A stretch of 63,262 bases of DNA, the filler included, from Squatina squatina (lineage: Eukaryota), in assembly GCA_031763465.1 (NCBI GenBank). It is 4 parts of 4 records of this genome, joined end to end, with 100 filler letters (N's around TTAATTAATTAA, not from the genome) between each part and the next. Parts side by side here need not be neighbours in the genome. Positions count along the whole stretch, not along the records: positions 21,693 to 34,220 come from JARFOE010000057.1; positions 34,321 to 50,299 come from JARFOE010000100.1; 2 more parts are not named here. One strand, written 5' to 3'. The notes under the pieces are model-generated. The model saw only the letters and a list, made by a program, of their open reading frames with translations, was not told where the DNA came from and did no database searches. Shown here piece by piece: positions 27,963 through 39,805 of the stretch; the stretch's first letter is position 1, and every line of letters begins with the position of its first letter. The translations under genes and the position numbers were made by a program.

Positions 27963-28559
27963 GCAATAGAAAGGGAAGTTTTTCAATGAGTGTGGTGCAA
28001 TGTGTTTGGGTGATGGTATTGTCGGCAGGCTCCCTCGTCATGGGAGTGAGAGGGAGCTCATCAGTCGCGAGCATTGTCTGCAAATGTAAAATCAACTCCC
28101 TCAAATTCAGATTTGCACACAGCTCACAATTCTGAACTCATTCAAGAAAATCCCAATTACTTGGAATAATTTCCCTCTCCCATCTTCCCAGGAATAGCCT
28201 CCCGCTTCACTGCTCCTTATATAGCACTTCACCATTCCACAGACATCTGCATAAATGGGGTCACTGCAAATGCACCGCAGGTCACTCAGCATCCAAGAGA
28301 GAGAAGTGGCAGGTTCAGGTATAGAATGTGGTGCCACCTAAAATGTTATCCCACCATGTGCCTTAGCTCCTGACTGCCCTACCGGGTAATGCCAGCATTT
28401 CCTGTTTTACACCACAGCAGGCAAATGGGGTGAGGGGGTGTAAGAAATGGTCACCTGGTTTTACAATTAACGTGAATTCCAGTTCCAGACCTGTTCTAGG
28501 TATACAACAATCTACAGGATCAGACCAAAACAATAAATGCGAGCACCAGCCAGCAGGTT

Positions 28560-28874
28560 ATTTCACTGTGGTGTTCCCCAGGGGTCAGTCCTAGGACCAC
28601 TGCCTTTCTTGATATATATTAATTACTAGATTCAAAATTGGCTAAGTGACAGGCAACAGAGTAGAGCTGAATGGTTGTTTTTCGGACCGGAGTCAGGTAC
28701 ACAGTGGTGTTCACCAGGGGTCGGTTCTGGGACTACTGATTTCCTTGATATATATTAATGACTTGGACTTAGGTGTACAGGGCACAATTTCAAAATTTGC
28801 ACATGTCACAAAACTTGGAAGTACACTGAACAATGAGGAGGACATAGACAGGCTGGTGAAATGGGCAGGCAGGT
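28560..28874 (+). mobile_element. CR1 RT fragments (two tandem GVPQGSVLG-like segments)
   Basis: GVPQGSVLGP at about 28570 and GVHQGSVLGLL..IYINDLD...ISKFA..TKLG at about 28705-28820. Confidence 0.85.
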
Positions 28875-29664
28875 NNNNNNNNNNNNNNNNNNNNNNNNNN
28901 NNNNNNNNNNNNNNNNNNNNNNNNNNNNNNNNNNNNNNNNNNNNNNNNNNNNNNNNNNNNNNNNNNNNNNNNNNAAGACAACATGGAGTAAGTGTGCATG
29001 GCTCTGTCACCGACCACACTAACCAATGAGTTATTCCTTTCATCCGTTTTTGCCTTTCTCGCTCAACATTAAATCTTGTTCAAGCCAAGTGTGGCCAGTT
29101 GTCATGCTTTTAACCTAGAAAAATGAATCATGTCGGAAAAACTTGAACTTGAGGCAGAATGGAGGAGAAATGGAAAGGAGATAATTTGGTGTTTTCAAAT
29201 GTTGCAATAATCAGATTATCATCTGAAACATTGTTATAATTTTTAGTGTATCTTAATTTAAATGGATAAAATTTACTTTGCCCAACTTGCTGACCTGATG
29301 GCTGAATGGATAATGACACCCTGTTCTGTGGTGCTGAGCTCTGCAGGTTTGATCCCAGCAGAGGGGGAGATACTATAATTTGCCTCAGTTTCTCTAGGGG
29401 AGAAAAGAGGAAAAACAAGGTCAGACAGCGGCTGTCCAACATTCCTTGTGGAGGTCAGGTGAGAACAGGTTCAGTCTTGCATGCAATATCCTCCATTGAC
29501 TACGACTGTCCCAGCTCAGGCATGAAGAATGGCCACTTGGGGAGGTACCAGAGGGCACTATTATCCTTGGAACCATTCCCCAACTTGAATTTCTACCTCC
29601 AGAAGAAGAGGGGTAAGAAAATCTAAACACCCAACTCTCTTGAACCTGAACTTACTTTTTCCAG

Positions 29665-29856
29665 AGCCAAGATGGTGTTATCCATTGAGCATAGAAAACG
29701 GTGATGTAGATTGTCGTTCACCAAGGGGTCCAAACTACAGGAGCACGCTCGGAACACGGTGTCAAATATTTTGTGACAGAGGATACAGGCTGTTAGGTCG
29801 AAGGCAGCTTGAATGTATGGTGAGCAGGCGCTGGTCCGGAATCAGCAGATGCAAAG
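29665..29856 (+). CDS. SRPX2: Sushi repeat-containing protein SRPX2, sushi 1 exon (192 nt)
   Basis: AG/GT, phase 1-1; PRWCYPLSIENGDVDCRSPRGPNYRSTLGTRCQIFCDRGYRLLGRRQLECMVSRRWSGISRCK. Matches SRPX2 better than SRPX. Confidence 0.88.
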
Positions 29857-29894
29857 GTGAGTCTGTGGAAAAGTCGTCTTCTTATAAATCTCAT

Positions 29895-30095
29895 GCTAGT
29901 TTCCCCAATGGCTAAATTGGTAAAGGTAGCATGTAACTGAGCGATACAGACCAGAAAGCCGCAGGTTCAATACCCAGTCTGTGCTCATCTCAACCAGGGC
30001 AGTGTTAGGGGTACTCCAATTGGCCACAGCAGCCTTGAGTTAGAAAATGCAACAATATGAGCCAGGGTTAGACTCCTCATCATTGTCTGGTGACT
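29895..30095 (+). mobile_element. tRNA-derived SINE
   Basis: A-box-like TGGCTAAATTGG and B-box-like GGTTCAATACC; related copies at about 29298-29390 and 34050-34205. Confidence 0.6.
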
Positions 30096-31160
30096 ATAAA
30101 AACAGCAACTTGCATTTATATAGAGCCTTTAGCACAGTACAACATACCAAGGTTCTTCACAGGAGCGATTATCAAACTGAATTTGACACCAGGCCACATA
30201 AGGAGAAATNNNNNNNNNNNNNNNNNNNNNNNNNNNNNNNNNNNNNNNNNNNNNNNNNNNNNNNNNNNNNNNNNNNNNNNNNNNNNNNNNNNNNNNNNNN
30301 NNNNNNNNNCCCCCCCACCCCACCACCGCCCCCAACCCCACTTCCACTCTGATTTCTCAATCTTTCACTTTCTACACTGTTATCCACAAGATGTTAACCT
30401 AACTTGTCTCTTAACTCCGACCAATGTGCTGCGTATTCCTCCCATTTTCTATTTTTGTTTCAGAATTTACAACATTTGCAGGTTTTTTTTCTTTTTACTT
30501 CCACCATTTACATTTAAGTACTGCCAGAAGCCTACATCCAGGCAGTGTGCTAGAGGGTAAATATAATGGCTGTTTGCTAAATCATACTGGCTAGACACAG
30601 TGAGACTCGCGCGTTTCTTTGAAACTGAAAACTCTACAGTGCATGTGCTGGCAGGTTTGCCATACCTGACAGAATGTGGTGATGTTCCAAGTTTCAGAGG
30701 TAGCCAGATTGCTAGCGTGTATGGCGAACATAACCTGGCCATTCCAACTGAGGAATTTGAAGTGTATTACCTTCAGGAGCAGGATTTGTGTGGCAAGATG
30801 TGCATAATCACAGAATTAATAAATCTAGATCTGATGACAGTTTCTTTACTTCAAGATTCTATATGACGGCATTGCTGATAAATGGAAACGTCAATATGAT
30901 ATAATTATGCATTACGTCGTATATGATCCCGATTCAAAAAATTGATCGTGTTCAGGAATGTTATGCATTCATATAAACCAGTTCTCTGCTGTGTTGACAC
31001 TGTAAGCGGAATGAACTAGATCAGAAACCCCTCAAATTCACAAAACAGGCATGAAACTGAGTGAACTTTATGTACAGTGTAACTGGGGTAAATTGCCTCT
31101 CTTCAACACAAGATTATTGGTAACCCAATTATATTACTTCATGTCTGTTATCTTCCCCAG

Positions 31161-31337
31161 AGGTGCGTTGTCACACACTTCCGGCATTTCCATATGGATC
31201 GTACGTGTGCTCCAAGGGGATACATATGGATTCCCGGTGTGAGTACCTATGTGAGCAAGGATACCAACTTGAAGGAGACAGAACAAGAGTGTGCCTGGAG
31301 AATAGCCAGTGGAGTGGGAGTGAACCTTTATGTGTAG
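31161..31337 (+). CDS. SRPX2: SRPX2 sushi 2 exon (177 nt); donor reads TT instead of GT
   Basis: VRCHTLPAFPYGSYVCSKGIHMDSRCEYLCEQGYQLEGDRTRVCLENSQWSGSEPLCV; good acceptor; in phase with the previous exon. Confidence 0.85.
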   Translation, partial: RCVVTHFRHFHMDRTCAPRGYIWIPGVSTYVSKDTNLKETEQECAWRIASGVGVNLYV

Positions 31338-32229
31338 TTAAATTGGACTAGAACTCACTTGGCTCTGTAATTACTGAATTCTTGCAGCTTATAAAAGGAG
31401 AAAAGGAAAGAATGGATTTTACTCTAAGTTGTATTTGTAACTACTTTCTGATGGGATTATCGGGCCCTATGCTTCAACATTATACCTTGCTTTTACTGTT
31501 CACACACATTTTAATTAGAAGCATGTNNNNNNNNNNNNNNNNNNNNNNNNNNNNNNNNNNNNNNNNNNNNNNNNNNNNNNNNNNNNNNNNNNNNNNNNNN
31601 NNNNNNNNNNNNNNNNNNNNNNNNNNGCTTGCCATGGAGAAGCTGAGATCAGCCCCTGTCCTCATTGTACTGTGTGTTTCCCGGTCACATTTTATAGATT
31701 CACTTTCTCTTGGTCAGTTTCTATTTGTTGTCACTGTTTTATTCAGACATATTTTATTGTCATTTTTATGTCACCTCTTATCACTTTAACCTCACAGGGC
31801 TTCCTCCAACAGCATTTGAACTGCAATTTTGATTCTGGGCATGGGTAGGTTTTGCTCTCTCTGTTGCCATTGACGACTTCAGGCAAAGTTTTGGGTGGAA
31901 TCAGTACAAATGCACATTTGTCGTAATGATGGATGGGTAACATCATGACATTTGGGGAACATGTGAAGAAATCTTGTTTGTGTGCAATTGTTCTGTTGTT
32001 GCTAAATCTTCCCAGCAGTGTTAACTTGGTAAATTCAGCACAAGTGTTATCAGTGCATAGCTTCTATGCAACATAACTGGGCTTTAGATAGGAGTACTTT
32101 GTCCCTGCTGTACATCACTCAACTCAGCTCCCTCTCTGCATACAGTCTACTTAGCAGATTTTCTGAAAACTGACAAAACATGTCGTGTGTGACCTGGATT
32201 GTAACATTTTGTTTTATATNNNNNNNNNN

Positions 32230-32344
32230 TGTGAATTCAGTGGCTGCTCTCTTGGACCAGTTTTATGAAATGCAGCGTCTCCTCATCATATCCTCTCCAA
32301 GTGCATCTGATATGTACTACCGGCTGCAAATAAGCATGCTACAG
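32230..32344 (+). CDS. SRPX2: SRPX2 C-terminal region exon (5' end in gap)
   Basis: [38 protein letters not shown] followed by a GTCAGT donor. Confidence 0.85.
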
Positions 32345-33695
32345 GTCAGTAAATGAGATTGGAAAGTCAATACTGATGAGCAGGGATCAAACCCTTTAAT
32401 TATATTTCTGTCTATTCCTTACAGGGGAGATAGCATCTGGAAACAGTCAAATGATAATTTTATGCTGCATATACATGAATTTGTGTCTAACTAGGATTTA
32501 AAATAGACTATTGTATCCATTCATTATGATCAAAATGTTTGACTCTTCTCAAACCAGCAATTTGTCAAACAACTTTTCATGAAGAAGAGATCCCTTTAGA
32601 AAAAACTGTTACAGCAGACAGGAAATCAACAGCCTTTTACAATAGCTGGCTCCAGCCTCCTCCTGTCTTTCCCGCCACCTTGTGTGAAAATGGATTGATG
32701 ACATCAAATAAATGAATGCTCTAAGCTGAGCTTTACACATTAACTTTTAGTAAGGTATTATTTGTAGTAAAGTGTAGAACAGCTAAACACTGTACCTATT
32801 ACAGTGATACCAGCACATAGAAATGTTGAAATAGAGATTTGCCTAATTTACTCAATTAGTAGTATAGATACCATCTGAGCCACAAGTTCAAAGTCAGTTA
32901 TATTTCGTTTTCAAACAGTCAAATCCTTCTTATAAAATAAAAGTTTCTCACAGGCTGCTGAGTGGAGTCGGAATACTGCATGAAAACTGACAGAGGAACT
33001 GAAATTCATTATAGAGTAAGTTCAGTGATCCCCAGTCTTTAAATTTGTCTCAACAGATCCAGGATTCTTTTCCTTTTTAATAAATGGATAGGGGTTGGGA
33101 AGTCAAGACAGTTGATCAGTTCCTGTGCCAAGTGTCTCTGTGTTGGATCCACCCAGTTGTCAGTGCCCAACCAGTTGTCAATGCCCTGGTTTCATTCTAC
33201 TCCTTGAACCTCTCCAGATATAGAGTCGCGTGGTTGTAGCAGGCATTAGAGATCAGAGGCAGACACAGGAGATGGATAAAGAGTTGTGGAACGGGAGGGG
33301 GAATAGGAGGCAGAGTCATGGGGCAAGAAGATTAGGAAGGGGAGTTATGGGAGGGGATGTGTAGAAACACTAGGCCGCCAATCCTCACCTGACATCATCA
33401 CCATCTCCTAGCAGTTATGGAGGATTCTGCTCCTGCTGTACTACCTACNNNNNNNNNNNNNNNNNNNNNNNNNNNNNNNNNNNNNNNNNNNNNNNNNNNN
33501 NNNNNNNNNNNNNNNNNNNNNNNNNNNNNNNNNNNNNNNNNNNNNNNNCTAAGCTGAGGCAAATGGTCTTCTTTATCTGTAATTAATTTGCAAACCTTTA
33601 AAATGAGCCCCAATTGTAAAACAACCACTTTCAGAACAAAATGTGTTTCATCAAAGCAACAGGCCATTAATCAAAGTATTAGTTATAAATCATAC

Positions 33696-33818
33696 CTGTG
33701 ATTTGGGCACAAGACCAATTCTAAAGAAACCCAGTGTCCCCGTCTCTATCTTGGTACAGTCCACAACTGTAGAGGCAATATTTTCAGGTGAAGGCCCATC
33801 GCACAATACACCATCAAC
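33696..33818 (-). CDS. YrdC/Sua5-domain protein (divergent paralogue), exon (123 nt)
   Basis: CAG|...|GTATG, phase 0-0; VDGVLCDGPSPENIASTVVDCTKIETGTLGFFRIGLVPKSQ contains the YrdC STVVD...R.G motif. Confidence 0.85.
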
Positions 33819-33927
33819 CTGTACCAGGCATAAACAATTTTCTATAAGTACACAGCTATAATTTTACACACTGCAAATGTTTTTTTTTTTTATAAAAGTC
33901 AAGGAAGTAGTTGTAAATAAACACTAC

Positions 33928-34017
33928 CTTATCACCAAGTTTGGCATAGACTTGATTGTGGTGAGTGGTATCTGCTTCTCCTGTTGGGTTTGCTGATGTC
34001 ACTGCTATGGGCCCCAC
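33928..34017 (-). CDS. YrdC/Sua5-domain protein (divergent paralogue), exon (90 nt)
   Basis: CAG|...|GTAGT, phase 0-0; VGPIAVTSANPTGEADTTHHNQVYAKLGDK contains the YrdC P..TSAN..G motif; splices in frame to 33818 across a 109-nt intron. Confidence 0.85.
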
Positions 34018-34220
34018 CTGCACTTGTACAGAAAGAAATTAGTTAGTACATCAGACTGAGGCAGCCCTTTGCTCAATCCTTGTTCTGTGCTCATTTCAGC
34101 CAAGGAGGCAGTAAGGGCTCAATAATGAACCTCAGCACCCTGGCAAATGGGGGGGAAAAAAAAATCAGCAATGTTTCTTGCTTATGATCATTATGTAATG
34201 ACTTCAACTGATAAGTGCGG

Positions 34221-34320
34221 NNNNNNNNNNNNNNNNNNNNNNNNNNNNNNNNNNNNNNNNNNNNTTAATTAATTAANNNNNNNNNNNNNNNNNNNNNNNN
34301 NNNNNNNNNNNNNNNNNNNN
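34221..34320. other. Artificial scaffold linker N44-TTAATTAATTAA-N44
   Basis: Identical to the linker at 21593-21692. Confidence 0.97.
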
Positions 34321-36477
34321 ACTAATAAACACTGTGTGGAAGATGTAATCAGTGGTAAAAATAAGAGAACATCATCAATAATCCCATTGAATTATTTTTT
34401 CTTAAACTATTAAAAGTATTGTAATAATACAAATTTGAACCAATATTAAGAGTGCAAAGTATTTTTGCTGGTGAAAATCTAGCAATGTAATCTATTCGAG
34501 TGCTTTGGGCTGACATATCTCTCAGTGTACCATATAGAATAGAGTTGCCTGCAGCATCTTAGCTTTTTATTGGTTTCTCCTTAAAGCAGAGAAAATCAAA
34601 CATTCTGGCAGGATCATAATGATAATTTACAGTCCATCGTTAAATTGTCTAAACTACTCACTGATATTGTGTGATGATTCTTTAGAATATATCATGATAA
34701 TACATAATAAGGCCAACATATTTCAATGTGTACTGTACATGGATAAGCAAAGCAGATAAGTGCATAAAGTGTGACATACAATTGTGTATTATTTCATCTT
34801 TTATAGGCTTTCATGTTCAAACTGTGCGTTGTATTTTATTGGGCAAATATACTTGGTAATATCAAAAGCTACCTTAGAGCACTCTTAAAAACAATTTCAG
34901 GCCATTTATGCATTGGTATTCATAATATTGCCCAGGGGCATTTACCTCTCTCTTGACAAACTTGCCATTGCATATGTTTGTGGGCCTCTATTTGTGGCTC
35001 ACTTTGCTTTGGCGTGTTACTGAATCTGGAATTTAATGCTTTCCCCTTGGGGCCCCAATTGGTTCGCTCCACGTTGTCAGCATTAGCTGTTGAAAAAAGG
35101 ATCTGTTAGCGTTGGTTTCAGGATCCTACAAAATAATAAGGCATTGGTCTCTTAGAGAAAAAATCAGTGGTGGCACTAACGGGGCGTAATGGGGGCGTTA
35201 ATCAGCTCAGCTGTGGCTCCAACAGGGAGAAGCAATCTGAACTGGGCCAATTCCACGAGCTTTGTATTTGGTGCTAATCGTTTTCCAAACCATTCCAGCC
35301 CTTAAAGGCAATGTGCAGCCTCACTTTCTGCTGTTTGTAGTGTCTGGAAGGTATAATGATGGCNNNNNNNNNNNNNNNNNNNNNNNNNNNNNNNNNNNNN
35401 NNNNNNNNNNNNNNNNNNNNNNNNNNNNNNNNNNNNNNNNNNNNNNNNNNNNNNNNNNNNNNNAGCAATTTCCTGATTTACGCATTTAACTGTGCATATG
35501 TGATCGCCGGAAGTTGCAGTCTAATTTACTCCTTAATAACAGTGAGCGCTGATAGCCTCACCATTATTCTAACTGCAAAACACGTGCCTATATGTACATG
35601 AATTCTGCTTAAGGTTGGAAATGGTTGCCAGCAATAGTAAGACGAGGGTTAATCGACTAGGACAGGGGAAATGTTGACTGAGTTATTTTCTTCACCAACA
35701 AATGGAATCCAGTGAAGCTTCACCACTGGTATCTTAATTAAAAGTATGTACTGATGCATGGAAATTGTTATAGATTTAAAATCTCATTATTAGGTTAATT
35801 TTAAAATAAATGTTCTGGAACTCCTACATGGAGTATAGGTGGAATTCATTGGTCACAGTCTGTGATCCATAATTTATATTTACATATTTCATCTCCTACT
35901 AGAAAGGACACCATGGCAACCAACCCTCCTTCCACATGATAAGATCTATTATATCTAGTTCAATAATACAATGAAATCCAAACAGGAAAAATGTAAATTA
36001 GTGAATTTAATAAGTGGAACAATTGAATAAGCAAAAAGTCATTTGCTATTATTTGCCTTCTATTCCTTTCTAACTGAGCTGTAATTAATTTTTTAACATG
36101 TATTATTAATTAAACACTGCTCGAGATGAAAAGGAGCACTTGTGTGTTTAAATGCATAACACTGCCTTCCTCCAGCCCAATCTGTTAAATACCTATTCTG
36201 TTACATGTGAATTAGCCTAGGGCTGATTTTCATAGGCCACTCTACGTAAGCACTAAACAGAAGCAGTACAACCCAGAGGTCATGAGTTCAAATCCCACCA
36301 TGGCAGTTTAATAAATCTGGTAATTTGTGGGTTGCCAGATTGNNNNNNNNNNNNNNNNNNNNNNNNNNNNNNNNNNNNNNNNNNNNNNNNNNNNNNNNNN
36401 NNNNNNNNNNNNNNNNNNNNNNNNNNNNNNNNNNNNNNNNNNAGAGTTGAGTGCAGTTGAGTATGGTTTTGTACTAA

Positions 36478-36712
36478 TGTTTCCTGATGAGATCACTGAT
36501 ACGTTTGCAGCATTGCACCCAGGTCCTCTTGACCACATCCCTGCTTGTGCCCGCCTTTGCAACCTGCAACCAGGTTGTCTTGGTCTCCTGGGGAGGTCTC
36601 TTCCGCCCATCGGAAGGGAAGAGAACCTCCCTGTGTGCTGTGACTCCCTTTTTAACAATATGGAGGGAGTCATGGGAGAGCCTGGTGCAGCCCTTTGCCT
36701 CTGTGCAGTCAT
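36478..36712 (-). mobile_element. Harbinger Myb/SANT-like DNA-binding domain remnant
   Basis: MTAQRQRAAP, then after a frameshift SHDSLHIVKKGVTAHREVLFPSDGRKRPPQETKTTWLQVAKAGTSRDVVKRTWVQCCKRISDLIR (W...RTW.QC.KR..DL signature). Confidence 0.75.
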
Positions 36713-36999
36713 TGTCAGTGCTTGCAACACTTCAACGCTGTAGTGCACTGACAGCACTATGTTATATTAGACTTCAAATGTAATGTGGCCATAGTCCCTT
36801 TAAAGTACCCACCTGAAAACGCGTCATGAATGATGTCACCAGATCCGCTCCATCCAATTGGGCCGGGTAATGCACAGGGCGAGCTTAATAGGCATCATTA
36901 AGGTAAGTTAATTTTCAACAGCAGGATGGAGCTAACAATGGGGTCACAACCTGCCATGGATACCACCCACAATGAACCCACCCAGGTAGGCAAATTTCC

Positions 37000-37570
37000 G
37001 GCAATAGAGTACAAAAGCAAGGAAGTTATGGTAAACCTCTATAAATCGCTGGTTAGGACTCAGCTAGAGGATTGTTTCCAATTCTGGGCACCCCACTTTA
37101 GGAAGGATGTCAAGGACTTGGAGAGAAAAATTACTAGAATGGTATCAGTGGTAAGGGAACGCAATTATGCAGAGAGACTGGAGAAGCTGGGGTTGTTCTC
37201 CTTAGATTAGAGAAGGTTAAGGCAAGATTTAATAGAGGTGTTCAAAATTATATGCAGATTTGATAAGAGTAGATAGGGAAAAACTGTTGCCACTGGCAGG
37301 AACCAGAGGACACAGATTGAAGATAATTGGCAAAAAAAAACAGCAAGGGAGATGAGGGGCAATTTTTTACTCAGGGAGTTGTGGTGATCTGGAATGCATT
37401 ACCTGAAAGAGTGATGAAAGCAAATTCCATGGGAACTTTCAACAGGCAATTGGATACATACTTAAGAGGACTAATTTCTAGGGTTATGGGGGTAAAAAGC
37501 TGGTGTAGGACGAAATTGGACAGCTCTTTCAAAAGATAGACCAAATGGCCTCCTGTGCTGTAAGATTCTA
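37000..37570 (+). mobile_element. CR1 LINE 3' part
   Basis: IEYKSKEVMVNLYKSLVRTQLEDCFQFWAPHFRKDV...RLEKLGLFSL and FFTQGVVVIWNALPE, followed by a 3' UTR. Confidence 0.9.
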
Positions 37571-37578
37571 TGTAGTGA

Positions 37579-37776
<198 letters not shown>

Positions 37777-37854
37777 TAAAATGGAGGGGGGAGGAAGAAG
37801 GAATGTGGAATGAATATTCAATTAACTATTTGCATTATCGGCTTTGTCTTAAAG

Positions 37855-37909
37855 GGCGTGGTAGTTCTGGAGGTGGCAGTAGCCCTGGCAATTTCATGGG
37901 CCGTGGTGG
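37855..37909 (+). CDS. HNRNPA3: hnRNP A3 Gly-rich exon (3' end in gap)
   Basis: GRGSSGGGSSPGNFMGRGG; GNFMGRGG is characteristic of A3. Confidence 0.85.
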
Positions 37910-38599
37910 NNNNNNNNNNNNNNNNNNNNNNNNNNNNNNNNNNNNNNNNNNNNNNNNNNNNNNNNNNNNNNNNNNNNNNNNNNNNNNNNNNNNNNNNNNN
38001 NNNNNNNNNNNNNNNNNNNNNNNNNNNNNNNNNNNNNNNNNNNNNNNNNNNNNNNNNNNNNNNNNNNNNNNNNNNNNNNNNNNNNNNNNNNNNNNNNNNN
38101 NNNNNNNNNNNNNNNNNNNNNNNNNNNNNNNNNNNNNNNNNNNNNNNNNNNNNNNNNNNNNNNNNNNNNNNNNNNNNNNNNNNNNNNNNNNNNNNNNNNN
38201 NNNNNNNNNNNNNNNNNNNNNNNNNNNNNNNNNNNNNNNNNNNNNNNNNNNNNNNNNNNNNNNNNGGACAAAAATGGGGGAGATATTCCCAATAAAGTAG
38301 ACAGTTAAAAATTGCTGTAGACAATGAAGGTAACTGCTGGAAATGACAGAGCAAATGCCACTGCATGCATGAATGTTTAAACCACACCACCACATTGCTG
38401 CCTCAGCCTTGGGCTGCTGCGTGGGAGGCTGATCAAAATCATCTACATGCTTTTATTAAAATCACAAAAGGACTGAGTGAAGGTCAGATACTCACCACCA
38501 GCAGAGTCTCCTTTGTGACAGATTTCAGACCTGCTGTTTTGACAGAGCTAACAGCTGCACTGACGAGTGGTGGTTCAGCATTAAGTCTGACAAATATGA

Positions 38600-38985
38600 T
38601 CCAACAACAACTGACATTATGTAGCACCTTTATGTAAAAGTCCCAAGGCGCTTCACCGGGACGTTATCAAACAAAATTAGACGCCGAGCCTCGTGAGATA
38701 TTGGGGCAGATGATTAAATTCGGGGATGCGCAAGAGGACAGAATTGGAGGAGCGCAGATATCTCCGAGGGCTGTGGGGATGGAGGAGGTTACAGAGATAG
38801 GGAGGGGCGGAACCATGGAGGGATTTGAAAACACGGATGAGAATTTTAAAAACGCGGCGTTGCTGAACTGGGAGCCAACGTGGGTCAGCGAGCACAGGGG
38901 TGATGGATGAACGGGACATTGTGTGAGTTAGGATTCGAGCAGCAGGGATTTGGATGAGCTCAAGCTTATGGAGGGAGGAAGATTT
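38600..38985 (-). mobile_element. L2-type LINE 3' fragment(s)
   Basis: SITPVLAD..WLPVQQRRVFKILIRVFKSLHGSAPPYLCNLL...RYLRSS, plus the L2 3' tail. Confidence 0.85.
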
Positions 38986-39430
38986 ACAATGTTACGTTGA
39001 AGAGATGCCTGCTAACCGACTGTAGGTGCAAGGAAAGAATGCATCCATGAGCAGATTACAGTCCATTTCTAAACATTTTTCACAGGTTCTCAAATTAGCT
39101 TCCACCACCCCCACCAAAGTTCCTCGAAGTCAAACTGGTTCAAAACCAGTGGTTCCATGTATTTGGACCAACTCCTGGTATAATGCAGAGCAGCTAAGAT
39201 CTTGGTTTTTGTTTGGGATGGCACGGAGCACAGAATGGGTATGGGGAAATTGGAGCATATGTAATGACAACCATTTGTGATTCACTTGTTGTTTGGAGCA
39301 GGTTGTTAGCCATGACCTGAAAAGGATTCATCAGACCAATCCTTGGGTGGAAGGATGATGCAGAAGGGCTGGGTAAAGGAGAACATCAGTTCTTGGGTTT
39401 TTAATATAAATACCTACTAATGTTCTTCAG

Positions 39431-39589
39431 GTGGCAATTTTGGAGGTGGCCAAGGTTACTGTGGTAGAGGAGGAGGAGGATATGGCGGTGGTGGCCCAGG
39501 TTTTGGCAACCATGGTGGTGGTGGTGGAGGAGGAGGATATGGTGGTGGTGGCTACGACAACTACAATGAAGGTGAAAACTTTGGTGGAG
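39431..39589 (+). CDS. HNRNPA3: hnRNP A3 Gly/Tyr-rich exon (159 nt)
   Basis: AG/GTAAG, phase 1-1; [53 protein letters not shown]. Confidence 0.9.
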
Positions 39590-39667
39590 GTAAGATTTTG
39601 ACTGATCCACAGATTGAAGGGAAAAGATGTACACAAAGTAAATTAATCTGTAACCTTTGGCTTTTAG

Positions 39668-39805
39668 GAAATTTTGGTGGTGGTGGTGGTAGTAGTGGTG
39701 GAGTAGGTGGGAACTACAATGACTTTGGAAACTATCCTAACCAATCGTCAAATTACGGACCGATGAAGAATAGCACTTATGGGCGGAACTCTGGTCCCTA
39801 GGGTG
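39668..39805 (+). CDS. HNRNPA3: hnRNP A3 M9/PY-NLS exon (138 nt) with in-frame TAG at 39799-39801
   Basis: [44 protein letters not shown]; AG/GTGAG bounded. Confidence 0.88.
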
